The position numbers and the translations under genes are program-made. DNA of 64,000 bases from the human T2T-CHM13v2.0 reference genome, Homo sapiens: NCBI RefSeq assembly GCF_009914755.1, contig NC_060929.1. The stretch is one strand, 5' to 3'. The notes below the pieces were generated by a model, which had not been told where the DNA came from, searched no databases, and saw nothing but the letters and a program-made list of their open reading frames with translations. Positions 1-13,491 of the stretch are shown here, piece after piece (positions within the stretch are counted from its first letter, which is position 1; each line of letters opens with the position of its first letter).

Positions 1-57
1 TGCTCTACTGTTCACCTCTCTAATTGACTTATGGGTAAAGTGGAGGTGATAAAATCC

Positions 58-409
<352 letters not shown>

Positions 410-1422
410 TCAGGTCACAAAGAGGAAACTTGTTTAATTTCTTTATTTATCTGCTCTTATATTATTAGGCAGCAGAAAAGGCCCTAGTGTAAGGATTTTT
501 GAAAGACTTAACAATTTTATTATGACATGAAAGAATAATCATGTTTTATCAAAGTCATCCTGCCTGTTAGCTACACATTAGAAGAGGGAATTGGAAACTC
601 CAGAGCTTCATGCTGTTTTCCCTTCCAGGACTAGAAAGACCACGGAAAAGCTATGAGAAGTGTTTTGAAAAGTTGCACAGTATAATGGATAATAAACTCA
701 GAGCTCTGAGATGTATAAACTATACAATTCAATAGAATTTGCTTTTTCAAAAGCAGCTGCAAGAAAAAAACCGAGAAAAACACACTAGACAACAGTAATC
801 TTACACATAGCTAAAAATCCATCCCATGTTGTAGAAGAGGAAATCAATAAACACTTTCCAAGAATTGAAATTCTTTCCTCCCAGAGGGTAGAAAGGGATC
901 GTTTTAGTGATCTCAAGATGGCAGCTCCAAAATGTATTTGCTCTACAATTAATTTTAAGAAAAAAGTTAAAACATCTAGCATTGATGTGTTAAATGGGGT
1001 GGGACACACTAAAAAAACTTTACTTTTTCACTGTCTCCCACCTAACTTTTTGCTCAAATGTACACAAGTGCACATGTGTATTCTCTCTCCGTCTCTCAGT
1101 CTCTGTCTCTGTCTTTCTCTTTTTCAGGGCCAATAATTCTTCCTGGGCCTATTGGTGTAAATAGGCAGATCCTGTAGCTTATCTTCAAGTTCTTAGATGA
1201 TAAAAAATCCACTAGACTTTTTAGTTGCTCAAGGAGTCTCAGTTTAGTAATTGTCTTGTTCCACGTAACAGGAAGGGCTTGAAACCTCAGTTAACCCTTC
1301 TCCTTTCACTAGCCTTGGCCTTGGCTGGCTTCTCTATTTCTCCACTTTTTCACTTATCCTCCTACTCCCTGTTTGGTTCCTAGCTAGGTAGTCTGGGAGA
1401 GATGGAGTAGGGGACAGGATGG

Positions 1423-1949
1423 AGTAAAGATGATCAGAATACGCCACCCCAAAATATGCCACTTTGGCATAAGGATTATTTTGAGCTGAAAGCAATTGAG
1501 AATCGACACATACAGGAAGAGTTCGCTGCCCAACCCTTATCTGCCTAAAAGCAGGGCATACATTTTCCCTTGAGAAAGGTACCCCCATTGTGCCAGAACA
1601 AAAAGAGAGATGCTTATCATTGAAGGCAGAAAGTCAACACCAAGATGAGTTTGCATAAACGGACGCCTTACCAAAATAACCTTTATCTTCCATTAGTCCC
1701 CCTCATATATTTCTTAGTCATATCCCCACAATTTATCATCCCTTGAAGCCCAAACCCCCTCTCCTTTGTTAAAAGGGTATATAAACCCCCAAGTCCAACT
1801 GCTTCTTTGAGTTTCACTTCTTTTCTGTGAACGCCCATGCACATAAATATTGATAAAAATTGTGTGCCTTTATCTGTCTTTTGTTAGTTTAATTCATAGG
1901 CCAGGTTCTGAACATAGGAGGGTAGAAGAAAACATTTTTCTTCCCTAAT
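1423..1949 (+). mobile_element. Solo LTR, MER34/MER39 group (ERV1)
   Basis: Begins 'gatcagaatacgccaccccaaaatatgccactttggcataaggattattttgagctgaa', as I recall for MER34-group LTRs; TATA-like 'gggtatataaacc' near 1775; ends 'tttttcttccctaa'. Exact subfamily uncertain. Confidence 0.75.
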
Positions 1950-2619
1950 GTAGAAAAGGGCAAGAAAGGATTTAGGAGACTGGCAGTGGTTTCTTTTTTC
2001 TTCTGTGTTTGGCCAGTGTTTAAGGCTGATTTTCACTTGGGCTTAGTGAACAATCAAAGCTGACTGCTTTCTTGGGAATCAGTGGTGGATTCTTTAGAGG
2101 TCCTACCTTACAGGGATAATTTTTCTTGTGTTCCCTGCAAAGCAGATGATTCTATTTAATCTGTTGGCCTTTTTTATTTTCTCTGTCACTCCGAAGGAAT
2201 ACATGGTTCATTCTGACTCTCTGCTGTCTTCTTATCCCTCCAGACAGTGCTCTAAGCCAGTATTGAAAGAATGTGTCTAGCAGCCAAGAGACCTTTAAGT
2301 ATACTTACCCCCTGCCCTTTGTGGATAGATGGCTGAATCCCAATACAGATGGGTCTCTTTCTGCCCCGCTGACCTCAGGTTCATAGCCAAATCCTCTGAC
2401 CTTCAGATTTCTTAGGGATCAGTCAGATGTTGGTCCATGATTTCTCCAGCTCTCCAGGATACTCATACCAATCTCTTGGATGCAGCTAGGTGATACAGGG
2501 GAATAGAGAAAATTAAAAAATACTATAGAATAATAATGACCTTTTCATAAAAATACTTTTACCAGTCTCCCACCTTTCCAGCTGAATTTTTAGCCTCAGC
2601 ATAAATAGCTTAGGGTCAA

Positions 2620-5040
2620 GAGATGGGCAAAGATAACTCTCCTCTGAAGCCAGGTCTGATGGTCAGAGTTGCTGTTAAAGTACAAGTCTCATGGATTGCA
2701 ATGGGAGTGATAGGGCCCAGAAACAAGAGTAGACAGGTGGATGCAATTATCATAATGAGTGGCAGGGTCAGAGTGGCAGCAGAGCGGGCCTGACCCACAG
2801 AGTTGAGATGTGCTTAATGAAACGCAGAGTGCCTAGGGGTAAAGGAGATGGCTGCCAATAGGTGTACTATGCTGTCAGCAAGGATATCATGAAAAGAATC
2901 CCCAGGAGTCTGAGGACAGTTGCTCTAATATGAAGTCTTGATTATTTGTCCAGTTTTCAGACCTGATTTGGTTTTCAAACTCCAAATGCATTGATTGATG
3001 AGGGGGCTGGGTCCTCAGGAGGAAGGACCCTACAATGCTGTGGCAAGGATACACAGTAATGGTTTTCCCAGTGCTTCCACAATGGGACCTATGGCCATGT
3101 ACTCTTGTAATTATGTGCTGGAGAAAAGAGGAAGACCAAACTTTTGAGGACTCTTGGACACAGGGCCCAACTTAACGCTGATGCTTGGAGACCTGGTGCT
3201 TATATTGACACTTGGAGACTTAGAGTGAAGTGAATATGGGATCCAGGTAATAAACAGAGTCCTGACCAAAGTCTAGTTTACAGTGGTCCGTTTATGTAAT
3301 AGACCCACCAGTAGTCATTTCTTCTCTCTCTTAATGTAAAATTGGGATTTTCATACTTAGTAGCTGCCACGAGCCCCACATTGGACAACCCATGGGGTAA
3401 GGGATGTCATGGGGGGGAAACTGAGTGAAAGCTCTGAAAGTGTAACCCCCCTCACACCCCTCAACAAAATAGAGCAAATCAAAAACAATATTGCATTCCA
3501 GGACAGTTGGGGGAGGAATGGCTAAAATTAGTGCCACTTTAAAGCATTAAAATGATGCAGGAGTAGCATCCCCTATATCTTCAATTAATTTACCACTCTG
3601 ACCCCTGGAGAAACCTCATGTGCCCTGGAAAATAAAAAAAAGATCTTCAGAAAACCAACCATGCAGAAGCCCCAGTCATGGCTGCTGTTCCAGATGCAGT
3701 ATCTTTGCAAGGATAGATTAACATGACCTCAGAAACATGACATGTGACCACTGATTTGGCAAACACATTCTTTTCTATTCCAACGAGAAAAGAAAATCAG
3801 AAATAGTTTACATTCATATATAGTGGTTAGTAATATACATTTACAATTTTGCCTGAGAGCTTTGTTAACTCTCTTGCCCTCCGAAGAGAACTGGACCATC
3901 TGGTCATTAGGCAGAACATCACATTGATCTACTGCATTGATTTCATTATGCTAATCAGGCCCAATGAACAAGAAGTGGCTAGCATGCTAGAGATTTTGGC
4001 AAGACACGTGCTCTCCAGTGAATAGATGATAAATCCTGTAAAGATTCAGGGACACACACATCAGTAAAATATTTAGGGGTTCAGTAGGGGGAAAGGCAGC
4101 CCAGGTCACCCTCTCCAAAGTAAAAGAGAAATTATATGTCTTGTACTTTCCTTCAATAAAAGAAACAAGTGTCTGGTAGGCTTCTTTGTGTTCTGAAAGC
4201 AACCTATCTCCGCATCTGAGAATATTGCTCCGGTCCATTTACAAAATCATTCAAAAGGCTGCCAGGTCTGACTGGGACCCAGAGCGGAAAAAGGCTTTGT
4301 AGCAGGTCCAGGCTCTGGTGAAAGCAACCTGCTATTTGGGCTACACAACCTTGAAGACCCCATGGTATTAGAGGTAACAGCAATAGAAAAAGATGCCATG
4401 TGGATCTATGTCAAACCTCAGTGGGAAAAGTACAACATAGGCTCTTTGTTGTTTTAGATCAAGAATAATATGCCTTTATGCACCCTTTGGAAAACAACTC
4501 CTGCCATGCTACTAGACCTTGGTAGAGATCGAGCATCATGAGTTACTGGGATACCACGTGTCTGGAATTGCCTATAATTAGCCATCCCTATACTCACCAA
4601 GTAATAAGATTAGATGTGCCCAGGAATACATTGTAAGGTGGACATGGTATATCTGGGGTTGAGCATGAGTAGGACTAGGGTACAAGCAAGGTGCCCAAGT
4701 AGGTATTGAGAAATCAGTGTCATCCTCTGTTGCATGAAAGCCCTTCCCTCTGCATATACCTCTGGCTGTGTGAGCTACCCTTTAGGACCAGCTGAGAGAG
4801 GAGAGAAAAACCCAAACCTGGTTTATGGATGGGTTAACATGGTATGTGGGGGCAGGCTGAAAATGATAACTGCTTTGCAGTCTGGAGACCTTGAAAGACA
4901 GTGAAAGGCATAATTCCCTCATTGGGCAGAACTTAGGGTAGTGCAGCACCTGATTGGCCATTTTGTGTGTAAGGAGAAGTGGCCAGTGGTTAAAATATAT
5001 ATGGAATTATGGGCAGTAATAAATGGCCTGGCCCTCGGTG
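2620..5040 (+). mobile_element. Decayed ERVL-class internal sequence (gag end, protease, RT, RNase H); no integrase or flanking LTR seen
   Basis: Manual translation gives, in order: protease GLLDTGPNLTLMLGD (3148-3192); RT motifs DLANTFFSIP (3753-3782), YTFTILPESFVNS (from 3834) and LIYCIDFIMLI (3924-3956, decayed YIDD); RNase H motifs WFMDG (4819-4833) and HWAELRVV (from 4920). Many stops and frameshifts. Confidence 0.9.
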
Positions 5041-5139
5041 GGGGACATATATATTTCCTGCTTTCTCTCTTTATCCCTTTCTCATGTCTTTCTTGCTCTT
5101 TTTCCTTCATTTTAGTATAGTACTTGGAATGTATAAGTG

Positions 5140-5460
5140 CTCATTCATCCAAACATCCATTCATGCCTGTTCTGTGCCAGGCATTGTTCTAGGTGGTTGG
5201 AGGAATTCAAATGAATCAGAAAGTTTCATCAGTTTTTCATCCTCTTTCTCTGCCTCACTTGCACTTACCATGTGCTTTCTACATGCCTGGCACTGCACTC
5301 AGTGCTTTCTAGGTGCACTATCTCATTTAATCCTCAGAAAACCCCATGAAGAAGATTGGTGGTGCTGTGAGATGAACCCAACACAGATGTTCACATAACT
5401 TGTCCAAACCTCACAGTCAATAAGTGCCTTGCTGGAATTTGAACCCAGGCGGATGCCTTG
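5140..5460 (-). mobile_element. L2 3' fragment followed by MIR
   Basis: 'tcattcatcc...tgtgccaggcattgttctagg' (antisense L2 tail) and 'tctcatttaatcctca...aacttgtccaaacctcacag...ggaatttgaacccaggc' (antisense MIR core). Confidence 0.7.
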
Positions 5461-6664
5461 TTTTGAGAAAAGTATCAATGCCAATATTCCATGAGGGTTC
5501 ATACATGAAAGGCCAGTCATTAACACCATTAACATAAGCAAGTTCTATTTTCTTGTTTGTATTCTTCTTATGTATTTTAATGTTGACATGGGTAAGTTGC
5601 CCTTAAATTGCCTTTGTATCTCCATTGTTCCAAGGGGTCATGATACAATAGTATTCTTCACTGGCCATTCTTTACACCTTGTGAGACAGATCCTCTTTGA
5701 GCACTGCAAGCTGACACTTTCTAGTTCTTTATGAGAAAGTCTTTTGTAGGTTTTCTTAAAGAAGCCTGCTTCCAAAAAGTTACTGGGAATGTAGCAGTCA
5801 CTACATTAGCTGTGTGATTGACACATGGAAAGGTGAAATTGCTTGCCCAAGGTAATTCTGCAGGCTAGTGGCGATGCCAGCTCATGATCTGTAGATCCCG
5901 CTCTGTGCCCTTAGCTGTGACCATTGGATCAAAGAGTCACCTTAAAATCAGGGGGCACCTGTAAGCAGCTTCAGTGTGCAAGTGCATTGCATACTGTTGG
6001 TATTTCAACCACTATTCATATGATCAGCAATTTTGCTGTGTTTTCAGTGGCCTCAGTAATTGCCTGTTTATGGTAAGCACTTGGCATTTTTGCTTAGTTT
6101 TTTTTTTTACTTTTTATTCTTTAATTCATTTTAATGTCGATGTCATCATTGGTAATAATATAATATTGGGGAACTTCAAAAGAATAGCATTGGTATGTGA
6201 ACAAAACTCTTGTTTTACTCAATGAATGTGCCTTAAATCAACCTTGTGAAATCTTTCTTGTGACACAAATCACAGGGTGGATGTTGATCATGGAAGCTGC
6301 CAGCAGGTATGAGACTTTACTTAAAACTAAATGATTTTGCATAATTAGTTGAGGGCCACAGAAATTACCTCATAAACTGGCACATTTTAAGAGATGACTT
6401 TATAAACTGGGAAATGTATGTAGTCTCAGCAACTAGACAATGAATTAACAAATCCATGCTTGTCATATAAAATCCCTTCCCACTCAGGAATAGGCCAAGA
6501 ACTGTATAAAGTTAAAAAAGTTCTCCAAAGATGTATGTCAGACAGGTTTGGTCATTTGCTTTCTTCTTCATTTAAATTCTCATAGTTACTTATAATATGA
6601 CTCTAAGTTACTCTAAGTAACTTATAGTTACTTATAAAGTTACTATATTGTTACTTATAGGAAA

Positions 6665-6881
6665 AGGACTAGGGTGACCTGAATGAGGTACTCGCCTCAG
6701 GAACAAAATGAAAAAGGGTGCCAAAAACTCAAGAATCAAGATAAAACTATTTTAATGCAATATTTTTAAAACATCAAAATTATGACTAAAAATCCTTGGT
6801 GGACAAAATATCAACATTTCAAATAAAGTCAGAATTTGACCCTGGCTAGCATGACCCATCTTAACCCAATTCCCGGTCCTG
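6665..6881 (+). mobile_element. hAT-Tip100-type non-autonomous DNA transposon (MER96B-like)
   Basis: Starts 'ggactagggtga...ctcgcctcag', has an AT-rich core 'aatcaagataaa...tttaatgcaatatttttaaa', and ends with a degenerate inverted end 'aacccaattcccggtcctg'. Confidence 0.65.
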
Positions 6882-6939
6882 TCTGCTTATCTAAATACTT
6901 CCTGTATCCCATGCCGCCCCCGCCCCGACCTCCACCACC

Positions 6940-7700
6940 CCACTGTAAGCCGCAGGAGGAAGAAACCACCTCTAACTTTTTCACCATGGTATCTGCGGGG
7001 CCTGTCGCATTGGATGTGCTCAGTACATCTTTTTTTTCTTTTCCCCATGAATGAATGAAAAAGTATTTTTTCCAGTGGAAGGAGGACTAGGCTGTGAATC
7101 TACAGATAGCCCATGCCAGCTACTCACTGTGTGACCTTAATTAAATCACTTCTCTCAGCCTCATCTTTGAAAAGAGGGCATTGAACACTATGAGTCTTGT
7201 GGGTCTTTCCAGCCTTTACATAGTAAGATTTGTACCTGATATTAGGACAGGCTGTCCTCATGGGGATTCATCCATCCAATCATCCAAGAGCATTGATCAC
7301 TTGCCATCCTAGTACTTAACAGTGGGCTCGATGCTGGAGAAATGAAGATCAGAAACAAGGGTCTCTGACCTTCATGAGCCCACAGTGCAGCAGGAAGGCA
7401 GACATGTGGGCAGGCATGGGGGAATGTAATTGGAGCTTAATAGATTCTAGAACAAACATTAGGGAGGAATCCCCGAGTCTCCCAGGGGCATTCCACATTT
7501 TCACAGAGGATTTGAGCAGAGAGAGAAGGATGAGGAAGGGTTTATCAGCTGAAGAAGAAAGGGTGGGGGCTTTCCGGCTTAGGGTAGAGCATATGTGTGA
7601 CTAGATGTGTTTTCTTCCCCTTTCCAGAGAGTACCATATGGAAGGCAATGGATGCTAAGAATAGAATGGGGCCTTTTAAAATTAAACTCCAGGGTGAAGG
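6940..7700. mobile_element. Cluster of L2 and MIR fragments (mixed orientation)
   Basis: L2 tail 'atgaatgaatgaa' near 7050; MIR core 'tgtgtgaccttaattaaatcacttctctcagcctcatc' near 7130; antisense L2 'attcatccatccaatcatcc...' from about 7265. Confidence 0.6.
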
Positions 7701-7785
7701 GGGAGACAGTGAATTTTTTTTTTTTAGTATAGTAAGTAGAGGAGTTATACTACCGGGGGTTCATCTCTGCAGTGCAAAGTTGTAG

Positions 7786-7971
7786 GTTTTTTTGTTTGTT
7801 TGTTTTGTTTTTTAGAAATAGGGTCTTGCTATGTTGCCCAGGCTAGAGTGTAGTGGCTATTTACAGGTTCCATCATAGCCCACGGCTGCTCCAAATTCCT
7901 GGCCTCAAGTGATCCTCCTGCCTCAGTCTTACAAGTAGCTGGGACTACAGGCATGCACCATCATGCCCAGT
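7786..7971 (-). mobile_element. Fossil Alu monomer (FAM-like)
   Basis: A single monomer with the 7SL-derived 'gtggctatttacagg...atcatagc' segment found in FAM and a (TTTG)n tail; flanked by a gtgcaaagtt direct repeat (7772-7781 and 7976-7985). Confidence 0.85.
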
Positions 7972-8149
7972 TACGGTGCAAAGTTTTGGTTGTCCTTAAA
8001 ATAATACATACTGAAGCCAGACTCCTCTTGAGGGGCTCTGTGCCCTCTCTTTGTCTGCCCTCACCACCTAAAACCTCTCCCCACCCTACCTGAGAAAATG
8101 ATGGTCCCATCTTGGCTGGAGGTGGGATATATGAAACTGGACAAGGTAG

Positions 8150-8151
<2 letters not shown>

Positions 8152-8183
<32 letters not shown>
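8152..8183. repeat. (GT)16 microsatellite
   Basis: Read directly from the sequence. Confidence 0.95.
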
Positions 8184-8187
<4 letters not shown>

Positions 8188-8322
8188 TTACATGGTCAAG
8201 TTTCATGAGAGAGTGTGGTTTATGGGGTTAGAGAATTATATGCTGGAATAAGTGAATTTGCCCCCTAATGGAAAGGATTATTGCTGTTGTTGGAGAGAAT
8301 AGCAATAATCAGGGAATCCCCA

Positions 8323-9222
8323 TCCTCCTGATTTCACAAAGGAAATAACCTTAGCTAAAGGTCAGGTGATGTTTGCAGATCATCCAATTGCATTCTCTTC
8401 CCACTGGAATCCCATTCTCTAGCTGGGTAACTCAGGTACCATCATTTAGGTGATCTCCAGGTTATGAGAACTCATTTGATTGGTTTAAAATGCCAGAAAG
8501 TGTGGACTTGGCTAATCATATAAATGCTTAGTTTAAAAAGAGAAGAATAATGAACATTTTTCTTTATATTGGAAAAATTCCCTTGGTGGTGGTTAAATTT
8601 TTTGATATATATCCTTTCATTTACTGTCTTACTACTATATACACTTCAACAGACAACCCTTATAGCAGCACCTAAGAGTAAGATGCCAAAAACAAAAATA
8701 AATGGGGAGAGGGGACTCAAATGCTCTCAGATTGGGTTTTTAACAACTGTGATCAAGGTTGACCCCTTATATAGTAGTTGATTATGTTACAAATCAGCAT
8801 TTCAGTCAAGAAAACTGAACCCCAGCACAAAAAGAAACTCCCTTCCAGGGCTCCTGGATTGAAACCTCTGTTTCAGGACAGCCCTCTGGGGAGCTCCTCT
8901 CCATGGAAAGCTGATGCTGAGGTGAAAAATAAGGTCTCAATGCAGTTAGAGGCTTCACTGCTTGGCAGTCATTAGGGAACTCCCTTGCTTTTTTTCAGAG
9001 AGCATTTGAGGTTGATGAATTCTGGTGACTGTGACCTGAGGCTTCACAGGCCAAAGGGAAAGACAACAGAAGCCGATGTTTACTCCCTCCCTCCCTCCTC
9101 CTGATTTCACAAAAGGAATAACCTTTGCTAAAAGTTTGCAGATCGTCTGATTACACTCTTCTTCCCACTGGGATCCCATTCTCTAGCTGGGTGATGCAGG
9201 TACCATTGTTTAGATTATCTCC
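8323..9222 (+). repeat. Local direct duplication: 8323-8458 vs 9096-9222
   Basis: Hand alignment gives about 109/127 identical columns plus one 10-bp indel (gtcaggtgat, present only in the first copy). Confidence 0.9.
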
Positions 9223-11849
9223 TGCATTTTAGGTAGTGTCTCTTTCCTTTTGTCCTACCCTGAGAGAGGAGAATTTTCCAACAATGATTATGAGGCTGGC
9301 TCTGTGCTACAAACCCCGACAAAGAATAGCATTTGTACTCAGCTGCAAATTGTATTGGTTCAAATGCAAAGCAACATTAAATATTACATACTTTTTTCCT
9401 CTTGTCATGACCTAAAAATTGTAATCTAAGTGAAGAAAAATAAGGAGGCTTTGTCTTATGGGCCAAAAGTAATCAATTGCTTGTGCGAGTGCTGTGTTGA
9501 GAAGGGTACTGAGGCTGCTTTTAAGCTCAGTGAGTAAGAATTCTGTGATCAACTAGGCATGTCTGATGAGTGTGGGAAAGGGAAGTACTGGCACATGTGC
9601 CAGAAATTTGCATCATCTTGATCTTACTTTCTAAACTCTCTCTCTCTTTTGCAATCACAGGGACTCTTTTTGCATCCTTTAAGCCTAGCCTCCCAAGTTT
9701 CACATGTTGGTATCTTATGCAATTAGATATACTCTCAATTCACAAAGTGTGTCTTTCTCTGCTAGTAATTCTATAATCTCTACCTCTCATTAATATGTTT
9801 TATACTTAGCTCTTATGGTAGCAATCAAAGGATTACTAATCTTAAATCAGAGTATAATTTTTACCTATTAATTTGGAAAACATGTTGAAAATTGTATTAG
9901 CTAGTGTTAGTGATAATAGAGAATAAAATGGGCACTCTAATACACTAGTAGTGGAAATGCAGTTTGCTAAATCTTTTTGGAGGACAACTTGAAAATGTAT
10001 ATTAAGAGTCTTAAAATGTGAACATATCCTTTGATCCAGGAACGATTTTTCTTGGCATTTAATGTCAAGAAATAATCGTGAATGAACAAGTATTTATATT
10101 CATGTATGTACATTAAAGTGTTACATATAATAGAAAGAAGTAAGAAACAGATATAGTTAGCAAAAGTTAAATAACTATGATGTAATACTAATAAAAATAG
10201 CAGCTTCCTTTTCTTGATTATCTATATGCTGGATACTTTACATTATTTTACCTTATTAATTTTCTATGTCAGATGAGGAAACTGAGGCTGAGAAAGGTAG
10301 AAGAACTTCCAATCCTAGTGATATGTGTAGATTAGTTAATCTGAAAGCCTCCTATTATAAAACATGTAGAATTGCTGGAGAAAATATAACAATACTTAAA
10401 TGACCTATTTAAATGAATAGTTGCACTGGCAAGAATGTAAGGGAAATCCCTAGGAGCCAGAAATGAAGAGGATGTTGAAACAGTGAATGTCAAGCAGAAG
10501 TGTTGACTGCTCTCAGGGTACAGCTGGAGATGGGGATTTCTGGTCTCTGTAACCATGGGGCTTAGATGTTAATATCTATCTGAAGTTGAAGATGAGGTAT
10601 ACCCTAGGTGAGGTGTGGGATCTCACACTGAATAAAGTTGGATTTCAGTGAGTAGGTGGACTAGGAAAAATGTTCACACATTGTCAAAGTGGGTCAGCAA
10701 GGCAGTTCTTCCCTCTCTAAGCATTGACTGAAAAATAAAATCAAGTAAAAAGTTTCTAATGGGATATCATAATCACTGGCCTACTCCAATTGAAATGGAG
10801 ATTTGAATGTAAACAACCCAAATGATCTAGGAATTCATAAGCCTTAAAGTCATCCTGAGCTGGTAATACTTTGGGAATACTCAACAGAAGCAATTGTAGA
10901 ACTTCCTTGAAACGACACACCTAAAATCTAGATTAAACATTATTCTCACTGACAAACCCAAAATATAAAGTTTTATATAAAATTATATATATTTATTTAA
11001 ATTTATTGCAAACTACAAAATAGATGAAGACAAAGAAAATCCAATGCAAGAAAGAGCAGAAACACAAATGAGAGAATTCAGATCTTAAAGTACTTTAAAC
11101 AATAGGATTATCAAATGAAGACTACAAAATAAGCATGTTATGAAGAAGAAAATCTTAATGCAGAAAAAGCAGTCAACTTTCAACATCTATTCATGAGCAA
11201 ATTTTAGCAAACTAGAAATGGATTAAGGGAACAGTCTCTATTGATAAAGAGAATACAATAAACATCATACTTAATGGTACTATGTTGAACCCTTTCCTTC
11301 TGAGATGGGAGTCAGTAGGGATATCCTTTAAATTTATTAAAAATATATTGAAGAAACTAGCCAGCTAAATATAGCATGAAAAATAACAAAAGCGTAAAGT
11401 TTAGATACTCTTATTTGTAGGTGATATGATTGGGTAAGAAGAAAATATAAAAGAATGTGCAGGTGATTTATTAGGTATATTAAATAATTTGGCAAGGTTT
11501 TCAGATACAAAGTTGACAGCCAAAAATCAATTGCATTTCTATCAGTCAGCAACAAAAAAATAGGAAGTAAAATAAAGAAATATACTATTTAAAATTGTAT
11601 GAAAAAGTTATATATTCAGGCATAAATCTAACTGAAGTACAAATCCGCTGTCCAGATAGACATAAAATATTATTGAAAGAACAGCTACACAGAGAAATAC
11701 ACCATGTTCATAGATTGAAAGACTAAATATTGGTAAGATATTAATACTCCTCAAGTTGATATATCAAAACTAAGCATGCCCAGTAAAAATCTTAGCAGCT
11801 TTATATCTATATCTATTATATCTATATCTATGTCTATGAATGTGTATGT

Positions 11850-13250
11850 ATTTCAAAACAATCAAAATTACAGAAAAGTTGGAAACATATTCAAATAAAT
11901 TTTTTTCCTTAACCATTTGAGAGCAAGTTGCTGACCTAATGCCTTACTACTACCAAATAGTTTATGTCTACTTCCTACAAAGACATTTTCCTTAATTACC
12001 ACCAAAACAGAAACCCTATATTGCTGTATCAGTATCATATAATCCTCAGACCTCATTTAAGTTTCATTAGTTGTCTCAATAATGTTTTTCATAGAAAATG
12101 ATACCTTTAGAATCAGACTTAGTTGTCATTTGTCTTTAGTATTCTTGAGTATGAAGCATTTCCTAGTTTCCTTGTCTTTCATGACCTTGACACTGTTGGG
12201 GATTACAGGTCAATTATTTTGTATAATGTCTCTCAAGCCAGGTTTGTGTGGTGCTTCCTCACGATTAGATTCAGATTGTACATCTTTTGGAGGAATATGA
12301 CAGAAGTTATGCTGGATTCTTAATGAATCCTATCAGATGCTGCACAATTTCAGTTTGTCCCATTATCAGTAATGATCTCTTTGATCACTTGATTAAGGTG
12401 CTATTTTGCCAAGCTCCTTCACTATAAATTTACTATTTTCCCCTTTGTAATTAATAAGTATTTTGTGGGAAGGTACTTTGGAAGTATGTAAATGTCAAAT
12501 GGTTTTCTATTTTATCCAATAGCCTATACTATACTTTTGTCATTGTTTATTTTGATGTTCAAATTGTCCCCAATTTGGCCAGTGGAAGCTTGTTCAAGCT
12601 GACTTGATGTACTCTCACTACTCTTTGAGCACCTTCTTGCTTTGTGGCACAAAAGACGTTCCAGGTCCATCTTGTACATTCCCTGTCTTTTCCCAGCAAT
12701 CGGTCATCTCTCCAAGGAGTTTTGATTCGTTTTAGTGAAAAATGGAGTCAAGACCTGGAAGCAATGTGTGCACATTGATATTAGAATATTAATTACTTTT
12801 AGACTTTCTCAATGTACAAAAGGAATACATATATTTATATATACAAAATCTAACTATGCATTTAAAAATCTGACCTTATACTAGTACCTTCAATTCCAGT
12901 CCAACACGACAGAACACATTCTAGTTTTGTCCTTATTCTGTGTATGTAATTTACTACTCTGACAGTGAAAATCCTGGCTTCTATTATCTTTAGTATATTT
13001 ACTTATTTAATCCATAGCTCTTTATATCACCAATTCACTTCCCCATATGGATGCCCTCATTACCATGTGTTGGCTCTGAGGCCCCATGTCATACTGCCCT
13101 CGCCCTCCATCTTCTGCATGGGCTTCCTATCCCCTTTCTTGGGCTCTGACATTCTTCTCTAAGCCACCAAAGCTAGCCTGCTTCACCCACTGTGGATACC
13201 TCTCTTGTTCTTCTTTACCTAATGATTTAAGATTAAATTGTTTGGGAAGG
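11850..13250 (-). mobile_element. L1MC4/L1MC5-like 3' UTR fragment
   Basis: 'attacagaaaagttg...aaccatttgagagcaagttgctgac' and 'ttgtaattaataagtattttgtgggaaggtactttg' are typical of antisense L1MC 3' ends. Boundaries approximate. Confidence 0.65.
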
Positions 13251-13491
13251 GAAGGAAAAGGAGAAGAAGAAAGCACAGAAGAGTTTTCTGTGTGTTTGTT
13301 TTTTCAGTGATGGGGATTATCAAATAGATAATAAAACATGTATGGAAATGCAACAGAATGGGAATGGTGAAAATGATCATGAAGATGAAAAAAGTTCTAG
13401 ACTTTACTGAATATAAAGACGTATAATTAAGACACTATGATGTTTGGGCAAGGATAGACAAATAAACTAGTGAAATAGGATGAATAATCCA

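Noticed and set aside
1081-1127. Strong-looking + strand splice acceptor (long CT tract then CAG)
   Set aside because: The tract is a (CT)-type low-complexity run, all three downstream frames stop quickly, and there is no good donor nearby.
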